A DNA stretch of 64,000 bases from Tubulanus polymorphus (lineage: Eukaryota > Animalia > Nemertea), in assembly GCF_964204645.1 (NCBI RefSeq), contig NC_134036.1, positions 11,263,859 through 11,327,858 of the forward strand, in the 5' to 3' direction. Position numbers and translations under genes: made by a program. Within the stretch, counting starts at the first letter, position 1, and each line of letters opens with the position of its first letter. A model generated the notes under the pieces. That model was not told where the DNA came from, did no database searches, and saw nothing but the letters and a program-made list of their open reading frames with translations. Positions 1 to 12,360 of this stretch are shown here, one piece after another.

Positions 1-305
1 GTTATTTTTAGTTCGTATTTCTCCGTAGAAACCGATTGGAAGACTGGATTCGAATCCCACAAAAAGCACAGTCCCTTAGCAACGGGTCGAATTTTTTAGA
101 ATAACAAGCGCGCCGGTTTCACTAAAGGCGAATTTATCGAAACGTACTTAGTTCTGAGTACCCCAACTGCGTATTTATCGACGAATGTACTCGTTTTCGA
201 GTATGGTACTCGGCACATTTATCCAAGGTGTACTTAAATTTAAGTACTATACTTGCCTTACCATGCTCAAGAGCATGGTAACCCTGAGTATACCGGAAGA
301 AAAAA

Positions 306-1844
306 ATGGCGGCTAACAACGCAGACCATGTGAATTCGTATGAGTAAGTTCTAAAATTTCAGTGGTTTTCTGCGTGAAAAAAAATTATTAAGGCAACAGA
401 AGAAAGTATTATCTTGTATAAACGTTGATAGATAGCAAAGTACCTGTCTTCATCATTCAGGAGCTAGGCACAATGACTTTGAGAAACTGTAATAATGAAT
501 TAGTCTGGGTTAATTCGCTTGTGCTGTTGGGAGGCAAAACTGATTATGAACAGTGAGTTTGGCAATATTGGACCGTGAGAAGTCAAATCATATTGCCGCC
601 ACTGCTCAAAATCATTCCATTGATGCCTGATTCCCTACATATTTTTGCACTTTTGCAGATTAAAATTGAATATAGATGGCGATATGGCTACATTTAGTTT
701 GGACCACGAAACATACATGAAGGCTATTGCCAGTGGTAGGTATCAACATATTAAATACTTTTGGTTTGTAATGCCAAATTTAAATGAATCTAAGAAAAAA
801 CGTATTCTACATACTATTCATCAGTAAGCATTGTCAGTATTGGCATGATTGGTCAGAGAAGTGTTTAGTTACTTTGTTTTGAAAATTGTATTTTGGAGGA
901 AAAGTTGTAGGCCCTATTCATTTTTTAGGTATCATGTACTTGGCTTCACTTCTTGTTAATGATCTTTTTCTAGATGTGAACGTGTTGTAGTCTTTACTGA
1001 CAAGTTATAGAGAGCAATTGCCGACAGCTTCATGACGCCCTGCAGCCACAACCTCCGTGCAGCAGTCCTCGACCTCCGTGCAGCAGTCCTCGACCTCCCT
1101 ACAGCAGTCCTCGCAGTCTGGTAAGTTGTAGCCTGAATTTAATGGTGTTATGTTAAACACCCAACCTTTTTCAGAAAATTCCTTAATTATAATATTACTG
1201 CTTTTTAATATTCCAGGCGATGATAGCTTCATGCCGCGGGCTGCAGTTCTAAAACTCATCGATTTACATAAGGACTATGCTGAAAAATTCTCGGATCCGA
1301 AAATAAAAAAGCCACTATATGGAAACAAATAGCTCATGATATGTTAGATGCAGGATTTGATTTTGCGGCTGATCAGATAAAGAATAAATGGAATAACCTC
1401 ATGAAGAAGTACCGAAAAACTGTCGACCATAACAACAAGACAGGTGTAGAACCAAAAACATGTGTATTCTATGATGAGTTCGATGCGTATCTCGGTTGTA
1501 AACCCAATGTCCGTCCAAACCTTGTTATCGCAAGCACCAATTTGGAGTCATCTAGTACCTCCACGGATTCCGCCAGCAATGCCGAGATGGATGTTGACCC
1601 ATTTGAACCAATTTCTTTTCCACCTGCTAAGACACTACGTAAGTCCCGTGGTTCCGCTAGTGCAAAATCTGATAAATTTATGGAGTTGATGGAAAAGCAA
1701 GAAGAGTCTCGTAAAGAGGACTCAGTAAAATTAATGGAAACTATTCAGGCCAATCATAAAGAGGTTATGACTTTGGAGAACGAGAAGTTAGAGGTGGAAA
1801 GGAAGAAGATATCTGTTTTTGAGAAACTACTTGAAAAAATTTGA
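306..1844 (+). pseudogene. Myb/SANT-like (MADF/trihelix) DNA-binding protein pseudogene, typical second gene of PIF/Harbinger transposons
   Basis: Phase-consistent GT-AG exons 306-337, 659-735, 974-1120, 1217-1844. Motif ATIWKQIAHDMLDAGFDFAADQIKNKWNNLMKKYRKTVDHNNKTG...CVFYDEFD plus C-terminal coiled coil. Two in-frame stops in exon 3 and a 1-nt loss in the A-run near 1305. No partner transposase or paired TIRs found. Confidence 0.8.
1051..1115 (+). repeat. 21-bp tandem repeat x3 (ACCTCCGTGCAGCAGTCCTCG, TSVQQSS) inside exon 3
   Basis: Directly visible. Confidence 0.85.
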
Positions 1845-2651
1845 TTTATATAACTAAGGCAGAGTTTTTAAAGCCACACGATTGATTTCAGGGTCCAAAG
1901 CTCTTCATCAGATGACAAACATAAAGGCGACATGTAGTAAGTTTGTCACTTGGACCGGTCCTGGTATTTCAGAATTGAATTTGACCCCCAATTACACCAT
2001 TTTCTCGTTGAAAATGAATTATCTTTGACTTAGAATTAACTCTCAACTGTGGATCTGGATCCAATTCGGAGCCTGAAATCAATCGAGTTTTAAGATCTGT
2101 ACATCTATTGTGGCTTAATCTGATGAATTCGTGATTTTTTTATTCATTTTGCCAAGTTGGTCGTGTCAATGTCTTTATTTTAGTGTAACATCGAGTTTTT
2201 CGGATATATCCAGGAAAATCAACCCAAAACAAAAAGAGACTTGAGTTACATAGTCATTGTGTGCTAGACTGCTGTAATTCTTAATTAGGCGAAGAAAAAT
2301 TTGAGATCAGTCGATTTCGGAAGTTAGCTTGGTTTACTGTGATAGATGGCGTATATCTATGGAACTGTGAGTGCTTTATTTTAAGCAAAGGGTAATCTGT
2401 CTCAATACATGTAGTATTTTTTATGCATAGTATTACTGAATATTTGAAAAGCCGTACATAATTGTACTGTAGTCACGTTTTTAAGTTTTAAATTTTTGTT
2501 TGACTATTCTATGGATCCGTTCAAATTGTACTGATCTGAATAAATTTTAATTCTTCAAGTATCTAAAACGTTATGTTTACATTTTTATGCATTATATACG
2601 GTTACATAATTTGATGACAGGCCCTTGTCAAAAAGTGTATTTTCCCTACTA

Positions 2652-2825
2652 CAGTCAACCTCCGATTTACTGCCCTCCCATGTACCTCCACCCTCACCTA
2701 CCGCCAGGTTTTCTCAATGTACATTTCATTACAAATACATAGTAACACCCCCAATATACCGCCATACTCTCTATACCGCCAAAATCGTTCTGCACTGACA
2801 TGGGCGGTATATTGGGGGTTGACAG
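2652..2825. mobile_element. Tc1/mariner-pogo type MITE
   Basis: Imperfect TIRs CAGTCAACCTCCGATTTACTGCCC / GGGCGGTATATTGGGGGTTGACAG, flanked by TA on both sides. Confidence 0.7.
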
Positions 2826-3774
2826 TACATGAATTTACAGAAAATGCCTATCCATGCATGATAAAATGCTGAGAATAATCTGAAATTCTTACGTTAGTAG
2901 ATTTTAGATCTCCATATCCTTGGTATAAGTACCGTCGCCTCAGATTAAGTCTATGCCATTACCCGTCAAGAAAGTACTGGAAGAGGATATTGAAACATTC
3001 CGAGGACATTGAAACAATTCTGGACAAGTCTGGGACGAACAGCAATTAAAATGACAGGAAATGATAATACTGATATGTGACACTTTATTTTAAGTCGGTA
3101 TATATTTACAATGACAACATCGTTGCTATCGCATAACGCTTCTGTACGATAAAAGATAAAACAAACAAGGCTTTCAATTTGTAATTAACACTCCCAAAGC
3201 ATGTTTTTTTTTCGCAAAAATGAATTCCTTTTCTATACATGTATTTGATCACGGCGAATCTTCTGTCGAATAGATCTTCGATATTTTGGGTGATTTTCTT
3301 TGGCCACGGACCACGCCGATCACAGGTGCCCCGCAAAACCTATGTTTTTTTACAATGTAGATTTCTATATGAGTTGGGAAGGGCACTCGCCTCTATTTAT
3401 TCTTTAAAACTTAAGACTGGCTGTGCGCTTTCCATAGTTTCGACTCATATGACATTGAAAATATAGTACGATGGATCGTTTATAAATTTTGTCTATGAAC
3501 TATATGAGCTTTTTAGCTTTAGTTTGATGTATAAAACGTCGGTCTTCCCTATCGATGATGGGAGAACAAGTGGAGCTCAAAACCCGATTCGGCCGTAGCG
3601 TAAGCCCAGGCTAGGCCACACGAAATGCGAACGCATCGCATTAGGCTATTTACCTGTTCTACAAGCCAGCACACTTCTTCACTTGACGGATCGACCATAA
3701 TACCAAAAGGCCTATTCAAAATATTACTAAGATCTGTGGTCACTCAAGTGATTCTTCACGTACCATTTATCAAA

Positions 3775-6700
3775 ATTCCCCTCAGGGGTTTTATCAACAT
3801 CGTAAACTACCTATGGGATTGAAAAATTGTGCCGCTACTTTCGAGAGACTTATGGAAAGAGTTCTCGAGGGCCTTTTGAATGACATTGTTTTAGTTTATT
3901 TAGATGACATCATTGTTTATGGGCGTGATTTTGAGTCCATGTTGACTAACCTTGAGAAAGTTTTTATTCGCCTTCGTTCTGCTAACTTGAAACTCAAGCC
4001 CAAAAAGTGTAATTTCTTCCGTCGTAGAGTTCAATTCCTTGGTCATGTTGTTTCTGACAAAGGTGTTTCCTGTTCGGAAGAGAAAATCAAAGCTATTAAA
4101 GATTGGGTTAGACCCTCTACTCAAACCGAGACTATACAATTCCTCGGTTTGGCTAGCTATTATAGGGCATTTTGTCCTAATTTTGCTTCCATAGCTAAGG
4201 CACTTCATTCCATGACTGAGAAGTACAAAGTGTTCCCCAAACTCAAAGATCTCAGGGTCAATGCAATTTATCCTGATATACTTCCTGAGGCTGAGTCCCA
4301 TGTGGCTAAATTTCTTCCCTCTGATGAGTGGGAGCCACAAAATTTTGCTCAAGCACAGCGTGCCGACCCTGAGTTTGGATGGATCTTTGATTACATTTAT
4401 AGTGACTCTCGTCCGGCCTGGTCCGAGATTTCTGCTCTTAGTCCGGCAGCCAAGTTCTATTGGGCTCGGTGGAATTCCATCACTGTAATTGATGGTGTTT
4501 TGCATATAACTAAGAAGAGAGAGGGATTCCCTGACTCTGTGCTTACTCTTTTACCTCTCCAATATAGAAAAAGTGTGTTCGAAAATATTCATTCCTCTGT
4601 AACATCCGCATATAGGTATTCGAAAGACTACATTCAGCATGCACAGACGTTTCTTCTGGCATTCTATTTTGTCAGACATTAAATCTTTCTGTCGTTGCTG
4701 TGAAGATTGTCAGGCTAGAAAGTCGTTATCTGAAAAGAGGGCCAAAGCAAAACTGATGTTATACAATGTAGGTGCTCCTCGTGAGAGAGTAGGAATCGAT
4801 ATCTTAGGTCCGTTACCTGAGTCCAGATCTGGTAATAGCTATATCATGGTGGTTTGTGACTATTTCAGTGGGCGGAAACCTACCCTATTCCAAATCAAGA
4901 AGCCGAAACTGTGGCTGAGCAGCTTGCTACGAATTTCATTAGTCGATTTGGTGTCCCTAGATCCTTGCATTCGGATCGCGGACAAAACTTTCTTTCCAAG
5001 TTGATGACAGAGTTATGTGCCATTTTACACACTCGCAAGACAAACACTACTCCTTATAGACCCTATTCTAATGGTCTCGTCTAGAGATTTAACAAGACGC
5101 TAGCTCACAGTTTGAGAACTCGTGTGAATGAGAAACAGGATGACTGGGATGAGCACTTACATTTCATTACTATGGCTTTTCGAGCTACAGTTCATGATGT
5201 GACTGGATTCCCACCCAATTTTCATTTGAGATTGTCCGAATTAATATAGGAAAGAGAGGAAAAAGAAATAAACGGAACTACGACTTACCTAGATCTGGGG
5301 GGAAATACAGTGTCAGGGATCAGGTATGGCTATTCCGTCCCGGTTCCTGAACTTCGCTGAAAAAGCTGAAACACTGAAAAGCTGAAATAAAAACGCTGAA
5401 ATTTCAGGGAATTTCCGAAAAACGCCGAAATTTCAGGGAATTCCCGAAAAACGCTGAAATCGTGCTAGGTACCGACAATACACGTTTTGAAATTTTTTCC
5501 GGGCCGGTGTCCGCTGATGAGTCCTGAACCGTGTTTTATGCTCTACCTTCGGTTACAGAGACATGCCTTAAGGTCGTCGTCATGATCGACTTGATCGATT
5601 GCGGATTGCGTGGATTGTTAGATGTGTTTTTTTGCCATAGTTTTATGTGCATATACCGGTACGATCTAACAATGAAGTTATCACTTCATTTGAATAAATT
5701 CTTAATCACAGTAATATTAATTCACAATATTTTTTCTTATGTTTGGTGATTTCTTGCAACTTATCATTACCAAGTCTCATACAAGTAGTAGCTGAATGAA
5801 AGTACAGTTAGGCTGAACCTGATAACCCAAATTAAGTGCTAGCATGGAACTAATGATTATTTTGATTCTATTTTCGGTGTCATTGAAATTCGTTAAGAAA
5901 GGTTCAACCGTCATAGTATACTGTACTTAGCATTGCTACAATTGGGTGCCATATTTCTACAATTTCTACAAGGAGGAAGGAATCTTTAAGTGTCTTTGTT
6001 CCCGGGTAGGGTACGGGGTAAAACCTGGTTCACTTTCTCTTTCGACTTGCCGGAGACTACTATCTGCAATGTATTGCATGCTTTGATGTGTCTGGCCTAT
6101 AGGAGTCGAACGATATTTTTTTCCCATACACAGGCTTGGCTTTAGTGTAGATGAAGGCTATGCACTGCACATTGTGGATTGACTGGAACTCTTAACTCAC
6201 AAAATTAAACGAGTCAACAAGAAAGATCCAATAATTGGACATTTGTCTAACTATATTATTTAACAGCTTGAAATAAAACATAACACATTCTGCAAGAGTA
6301 TACAAAGGAAATCAGTTCTTACATTATATCAGAATCAATAGTTCGCTTAACTCTGGCTAGAATTCTGGTTCCATTGCTTCATATTCTAATGAAATCCACT
6401 AGTATACCTTAGAATATCGCTTAGCTTAAGACTAAAAATTTGGTACCAGGAAACAGGGAAGAAAAGTGGGTGTACTGTACATCCGCAATTGACTTATTTC
6501 TCTCAGGTTGAATCAAGTTATTATTGAAATAGCATTCGAATAGCCATTTTATTTTTAAAAATTGTGTCGTTCAGCTATCCTGCTGCAAATTTCGCAGTTG
6601 AAGTTTACTGGTGCCATCTGATTTCTCAGTATCTCAAAAAATTTGCACATTCTAAGCCTGAATCTAAAAATAGAAAAAGGTGCATTTTAGTCGGATATAA

Positions 6701-8020
6701 AAGAATAGTGGCTAATGCACCCTGGACTATATAGCCTATGGGGTGGGCCTAGTTTGAAAGCACTGAGGTCCGAGAGAACAGCACTTAGTAAATAAATACT
6801 GAAATTAAACTTACAAAACACCCAGTACTTGAGATGATGTACTTGACAAGAAGTGTCACCAGCTAAGCAAATCAACTTTGTCTATGACTCCTCCTTTTAT
6901 AGATTCAGTAGTAGTCTAAAAATAAGAATCGGTACATTTTTCTAACAGTTGGTATGTCATTTCTTCAAAAAAACTAATTATTATCACGCCACAGCAAATA
7001 AATTATTCACAGTTGTTGAATGGTTAGCCCGATTTAGATTAATTGGTTGACGCTAATCAGTATGACCCATACGTAAGGGCCTACTGCATGCCATTGGCGT
7101 CAATCCATTCCATTCCATTCCACAGTGAATTAAAAAGAAATTTAGTTAGATCCCTTTTGTCCAAAAGCTGCATCATTTATATAACTAGCTGTCAAATTTA
7201 ATTTACCTCCTTCAGAGAATACCATAGTGACATAGTCCGTCGCCCATCAACGTGTTGACAAAAGAAAAGTTGCTGCATGTTTTATACATGAACGTTCAAA
7301 TAAGATATTTTGCGTCTTGCAGGGAATATTGAGCATAGTGTTTAAGTTGGCTTGCACGGTTTGTGAATGGGTTTTCCTCATTATGCTGCCTGTATGCATT
7401 AAAAATCCGGATTTCAAGCGAATTAATTTGTCCAACAAGTGGCCCTCTAGAAGTATACTCCACACATACTGTCCATGCATGTCTCTGTAACCGAAGGTAG
7501 AGACTAAAACACGGTTCAGGACTCGGCAGCGGACACCGGCCCGGAAAATATTTCAAAACGTGTATTGTTGGTACCTAGCACGATTTCAGCGTTTTTCGGG
7601 AATTCCCTGAAATTTCGGCGTTTTTCGGAAATTCCCTGAAATTTCAGCGTTTTTATTTCAGCGTTTCAGCGTTTCAGTGATTCAGCTTTTTCAGCGAAGT
7701 TCAGGAACCGATTCCGTCCTGCTGTAGCGGTCGGCTGTAGTAGAAAGCTTTCGTCTTTCTGGAAGGGTCCATTCCCCGTCATCGAAGTAATTAATGACGT
7801 GGTATACAGGCTGTCGGTTCAGGGAAAGTCCGTTACAGCTCATTTTGATTGTCTCAAGCCGTATCATGCTGGTAACGTTTGTCCTTCTGAAATTAGAGAC
7901 GAGAATATGAGTGAAAGTAATTTTAGAAATTCCGACTTAACCCAGTCGGTGTATGATTCGTCAGATTCAGTTGTAACACGTTCGGGACGTCACATTAAGC
8001 GACCCTCTCGATACAATTGA
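3775..8020 (+). pseudogene. pol: Ty3/Gypsy pol remnant (RT and integrase), lineage A copy 1, interrupted by the foldback element 5341-7710
   Basis: RT motifs GFYQHRKLPMGLKNCAATFERLM, VYLDDII, FLGHVVS, FLGLASYYR. RNase H apparently deleted near 4230. Integrase zinc finger (FFWHSILSDIKSFCRCCEDC) and core GIDILGPLP...LHSDRGQNF. C-terminal DQVWLFRPAVAVGCSRKLSSFWKGPF...TRSGR reads through once the insertion is removed. Frameshifts and stops present. Confidence 0.92.
5341..7710. mobile_element. Non-autonomous Mutator-like foldback element, copy 1
   Basis: Long TIRs about 5341-5566 and 7477-7710 (CGGTTCCTGAACTTCGCTGAAAAAGCTGAA...) with internal GCTGAAA repeats. Perfect 9-bp TSD ATTCCGTCC at 5332-5340 and 7711-7719. 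Confidence 0.92.
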
Positions 8021-8373
8021 GATCTCTTTGTTGTTGTCTGTAGGGTTAACCTTAGCGTTCCTAAGGGCCTGTTGGGTGCATTGATAATTTGTCATATGAA
8101 TATGTATACATAGTAGTAATTAATCTTAAAAATTTTTCTGCTGTGGGTTTCCAATCTTTCTTGCGGTAATCTCGTGAGATGTAACTCGTTTATAGAGATG
8201 TATTCCTTCCTCCTTCTCTTGGAGGGGGTTCAAAACTATTCTCCACCCTTTTTCTGGCTAGAATGCCACCTTATATTCTCACTGACAAGTGGGTTCAATT
8301 CGGGTGAAGTTACTTAAGCTATATATATATATATAAACTTTGTTTTCTCTTTTTCTATACATTTTCAGTGAAT

Positions 8374-9190
8374 ATGGACGCCCAGGACAAGGGGACGTGC
8401 CACGACTGCGGTCTTAGCCTTAGTAATACGTACAGGAAGTCGCGTCACCAGGTGTCTCGCACCTGGAAGCTTTTTGTTCGCAAGACCTATCCGACTGGCA
8501 CGGTGTTTTCGTGCCTTATGTGTGGGTTTAGTAATCCGAAAGTGGCGAGGGTAATCGCACACATATCAAAATCGCATCGCTATCGCGTTAGGAGGAACAG
8601 TAACACTTATGACGGCTTGATTCGTTCGTGTGTGCCGGAGGGAGGGCCTCGGACGGTTTTCCCGAGCCTCCCTACCGCTAGTTTCGTGTCCGACGTCGGA
8701 CTGGATGAGACTAGAGAATCGTCAGCGCCCGAAGAAGTTCCCATTTTTTTCGCTGCCGCCGCCGCCTCCTACGCCGCCGTATTCACCGCCACCCCCGCCT
8801 AGTTCGTCGCCTTCACCCATCGAAACACCTACGTTGTTCGATTGTTTGAACATTCCGCTACCGGAACCAGCTGCGCTGTGCAGCTTTGATGTGTCGACTG
8901 AAATCATTATCGACGGCATCGAAGAACCTGCAAACTCATCCTTACTCGTGCGAACATCTACACCCGTACCAGCCGAAGACGCGGTTCCCGTGGAGATCAA
9001 CCCCGCAGTACTTTCAGTATCTTCTTGCGCGGTCGGTAATTCGAAGGAACCTGAGCAACCGGTCTCCGAGCAATGTGGCGTTGTTCGGCATGTTCACGAT
9101 TTTCGCGGGCACCACCTCGAGATATCGGTCCCGGTTGGAGTCCCGATTAACTGCCCGTTGTGTCTTCACCTGGTCAAATCTTTTGAATAA
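8374..9190 (+). pseudogene. Gypsy 3' accessory ORF: tandem zinc fingers, Pro-rich region and terminal H..CxxC motif
   Basis: Pyrimidine tract and CAG acceptor ending 8368, ATG 8374. CHDC-x12-H and CLMC-x12-H-x4-H fingers. One frameshift near the T-run at 8745 joins ORFs 8368..8802 and 8630..9190. A purine-rich tract (PPT-like) follows at 9239-9253. Confidence 0.72.
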
Positions 9191-11540
9191 CCTTATATAT
9201 ATACTCTACCTTTGTCGCCTTTTCTGAGCAGGTCGCTCAGGGCTGGTGGGGGGCTTTGTTGATGATTTGCGAGGACATTCAGTCACCCGTGTTACCATTA
9301 TGATTCATCACTGAGAATTAGGACTCCTTAAATTATTCTTACTCACCAGAGGAAGACCTGACATATTTTCGCGCGTAAAATCTCATGGAGGAAAACAAGA
9401 GAATTTTCCCCTTCTAGCTTCTCTACCTCCCAGATGCTAGTGACGTGAGCGAACCCTAGAAGCGACGCATATATGCAACTTTTTCCTTAAATGTATAGGA
9501 TTATGGAAAGAGAGAGAGAGAGCTACCTGTATTCCCTCTTGGTCGAGGAAATTCCGAGAGTTGAGACCTTAGACTTGGCATTATGAATTTTAACGGAAAC
9601 GGAAGTAGATTTTTGTAGTCACTTGCCAGAGCACGCTACCCCGAATCCCGGTATTCCGCTTCAGGACATTGGGGCCTAGGCCTTCTTTTTTCAGCTCTAA
9701 TCGCTAGCTAGTCGTAAGAAGACTGTGCCCTCTTCTGACGAACAGTTGCACTTCAGTGTTGGTTCACTATTTTAGGCCTACACTACTACTACTAAAATAC
9801 CTTTTATGAGTAGCGTTATAACTATTTTCCGCGTGGATTTTAGGCCTAAACAAAACAGCTGAGAGTTACTTCCGGGTAGCAACGCAACTAAAAGATGGAG
9901 ATTAAGTTTATTTTCGCTTTTCGATGGAGATTAAAACGGATAAATTCTTTGAGTAAATTAATTATAAATACTACTCAAACATATTGCAACTATATTGTGT
10001 TTTTACTTACTATACATTTTCGAAATATAATCGACTGTTAAAGGATCGGTATTGAACGCTCACGCCGGCTTTCCGACTACTTGAAGTGGCGGCCATTACT
10101 ACACGGAATATTCCCAGCGGCCTTTGCGAATTTCTTTAAAAAAACAACCTTGCCGCAGGTGGTTGTGGCAGGTGCGAGTTGACACTTTGTACAGCCGTGT
10201 GTCAATGTGAACATTTATAGCAGAAGAGATTAAAAAGTTGTGCTGGCCATATCAGATAAGCAAAACATTAAAGCCAGCCTCACCCTAGCGTCAATGCTGC
10301 CGCAACAACTACACTGCAGCAATGTATAAGCGACACTGATGCCCAAAAACCTTTCCCGCACACTAGCAACAACGCTGCTTCACGTACTGCACCAGGCACT
10401 ATTGTAGGTCAATCAATCGATCAATATGGTTTGAGGCGTATTTGACGCTCCGTATCAAAAATAATATCATAGATATAGGCGTCAAAGTCACACGCAGCAA
10501 AAACGCCAAAAGTTTTACACGCACACTAGGTGATTTTGACGCAGGCGTACTTCTTACGGCGGCTTTGGCACTAGTAAATGACACTTGCTGTAATAGAAAG
10601 TCTGAAATTCTATCAAAATTCATTTTTTTTGTCTGCAGATTATTTATACATATTGGCCTGTATCAGGAGTAAGTCGGAATGTATCCAGGAAAGTAGATGT
10701 TGATTAAGAAAATTGGCCTAAATACGAAGTCCGAATCATGGGATATGCCAGTAAGTTCATAGATCAGATAATTCATAGATCATATTGAATTTGACTTTGA
10801 TCTGATTGAACTTACAATACGTGATTGGATCTGTGCCCCTAAAAAGATTAAAATTATCTGTTCAGTCAGTAAGAGAGCAAAAAGAGACTACAAATGTAGT
10901 CCTCTACTTCCTCCCCAAAATACAGTAAAGTATGCATGAGTCGAAAGTATATGATCCAATTTCATTCAGTAATGCAATGCATTCATATCAGGACTGATAA
11001 CGAGAGAAATCCCACAATAAATTGAGCAAAAAATGAAAATTTCATAGTACTTTAATAGAACTTTTTAATTAATTTATTGTGGAATTTCTCTCGTTATTCA
11101 TCTTACACGGATATTGTGTATCTTCTCGACTCATCAGGACTGATATTTTTTTCTGAGCCTGACTTCGTATTTCGTATTTTTCCTATTAAATTTCTTGACT
11201 AATTCATGTCCGACTGATGCGTACTTTATTGTTTACATTTGCAGAACACTTTTTGCTAGGCTTACTATTCGTAGGGGCAAAACCATGGACAATGTGGCCT
11301 CTATTTACTAAATGCATCTCATTAAATCACAGTCTTATATTATTACAACGATAATTATTGTAGGTGATTACCCTGCTGCAGTTCAGAAATGCAAACAGTG
11401 TGAATATACGAGTAACTTAGATAGTAATGATGAAGAACTGATTGGGAAGTAGAACAGAAAGAGACGTGCGCCTGATTGCTATTCAGATGATGATTGTGAC
11501 GGAGACAGTGATGAAACTGGTTTCCTCGGTTTTAGTTTTT

Positions 11541-12360
11541 TAGCCCCCTTGGGACTTTAGTCCCAGCGGGCTATTGCGCTCACTTATCTTCCGTTCATCC
11601 GTAGACGGAATTCAGTTATTTTGGGAAGTTTTGAAGACGCTTCAATGGATTGTCTTGATCTTTGGTTTATACACGTATCTACCCTAGATACATGTTCTGC
11701 CCAGAAACTGGCCCAATCAGAATCGAGATGGCCGACTGGCAGCCATTGTTAATTGCCAAAATCTTGCCAAAACACTTTTTACACATCTTTCACAAATGTT
11801 TGTATTCCCCTATGGCGCACCAGCTTCAGAAAAATTGGGTCGATTGGACCCAAGATGGCCGTCCAGTGACCTTTTTTGTGCCCAAAAAGGTCCTTTTTGC
11901 CCCGAATTGCGAGACCTGTAGCTTCCGAATCAGTCAAGTGTGACGCAATCGGCAGCCATTTTTGTGTCATCAGTCCTCATTTGTAGATGAAAAAAAGGTT
12001 TTTTGAGGAATATATCGAGGAATATATAGAGGTTTTGACTTTCAGCCTTTGATAAATAGTATCACTGTCGTTCATCTCCTTACGTGGAATTGGGGTTACC
12101 CGGGTTTTTGTTCTCACCACCAGGGGAGACGAATATTGAATTATATACAATTTACCTATTTATATTGGTACCTATGGATATTCTGTAACCACAATCAATT
12201 GCAAAGTTGTAGCTTGTGACATGTTCTATGATTGTGGTGAGAAAGCTTTAAGGTCATTGTTTTCTTAAAATCTTCACCAGGGGATATTGAATATTGAAAT
12301 TTTCTGTTTGTTGAGCATTTTAAACCACTTTAGTGGGGGTGGTGTCCCTGGACCCCTAGT
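11541..12360 (+). mobile_element. HINE / non-autonomous Helentron-like repeat
   Basis: 5' TAGCCCCCTTGGGACTTTAGTCCCAG, degenerate GTCC tract, 3' GTGGGGGTGGTGTCCCTGGACCCCTAGT, inserted in a T-run. Homologous to 46275-46910. Confidence 0.7.

Noticed and set aside
40-62. GGATTCGAATCCCAC as a tRNA gene
   Set aside because: Only a T-arm-like motif; no cloverleaf can be drawn.
3900-4505. 201-aa minus-strand ORF
   Set aside because: Antisense shadow of Gypsy RT with no recognisable motif.
5514-5530. CTGATGAGTCC in the foldback TIR as a hammerhead ribozyme core
   Set aside because: No closing GGAC-GAAA or cleavage-site helix follows, and the opposite TIR of copy 1 alters the motif.
8374-9190. Accessory ORF as a retroviral env
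   Set aside because: No signal peptide, fusion peptide or transmembrane segment; it has zinc fingers instead.
9257-9700. 3' LTR of Gypsy lineage A
   Set aside because: A TG start follows the purine tract, but no CA end, TATA/polyA pair or second copy could be identified.
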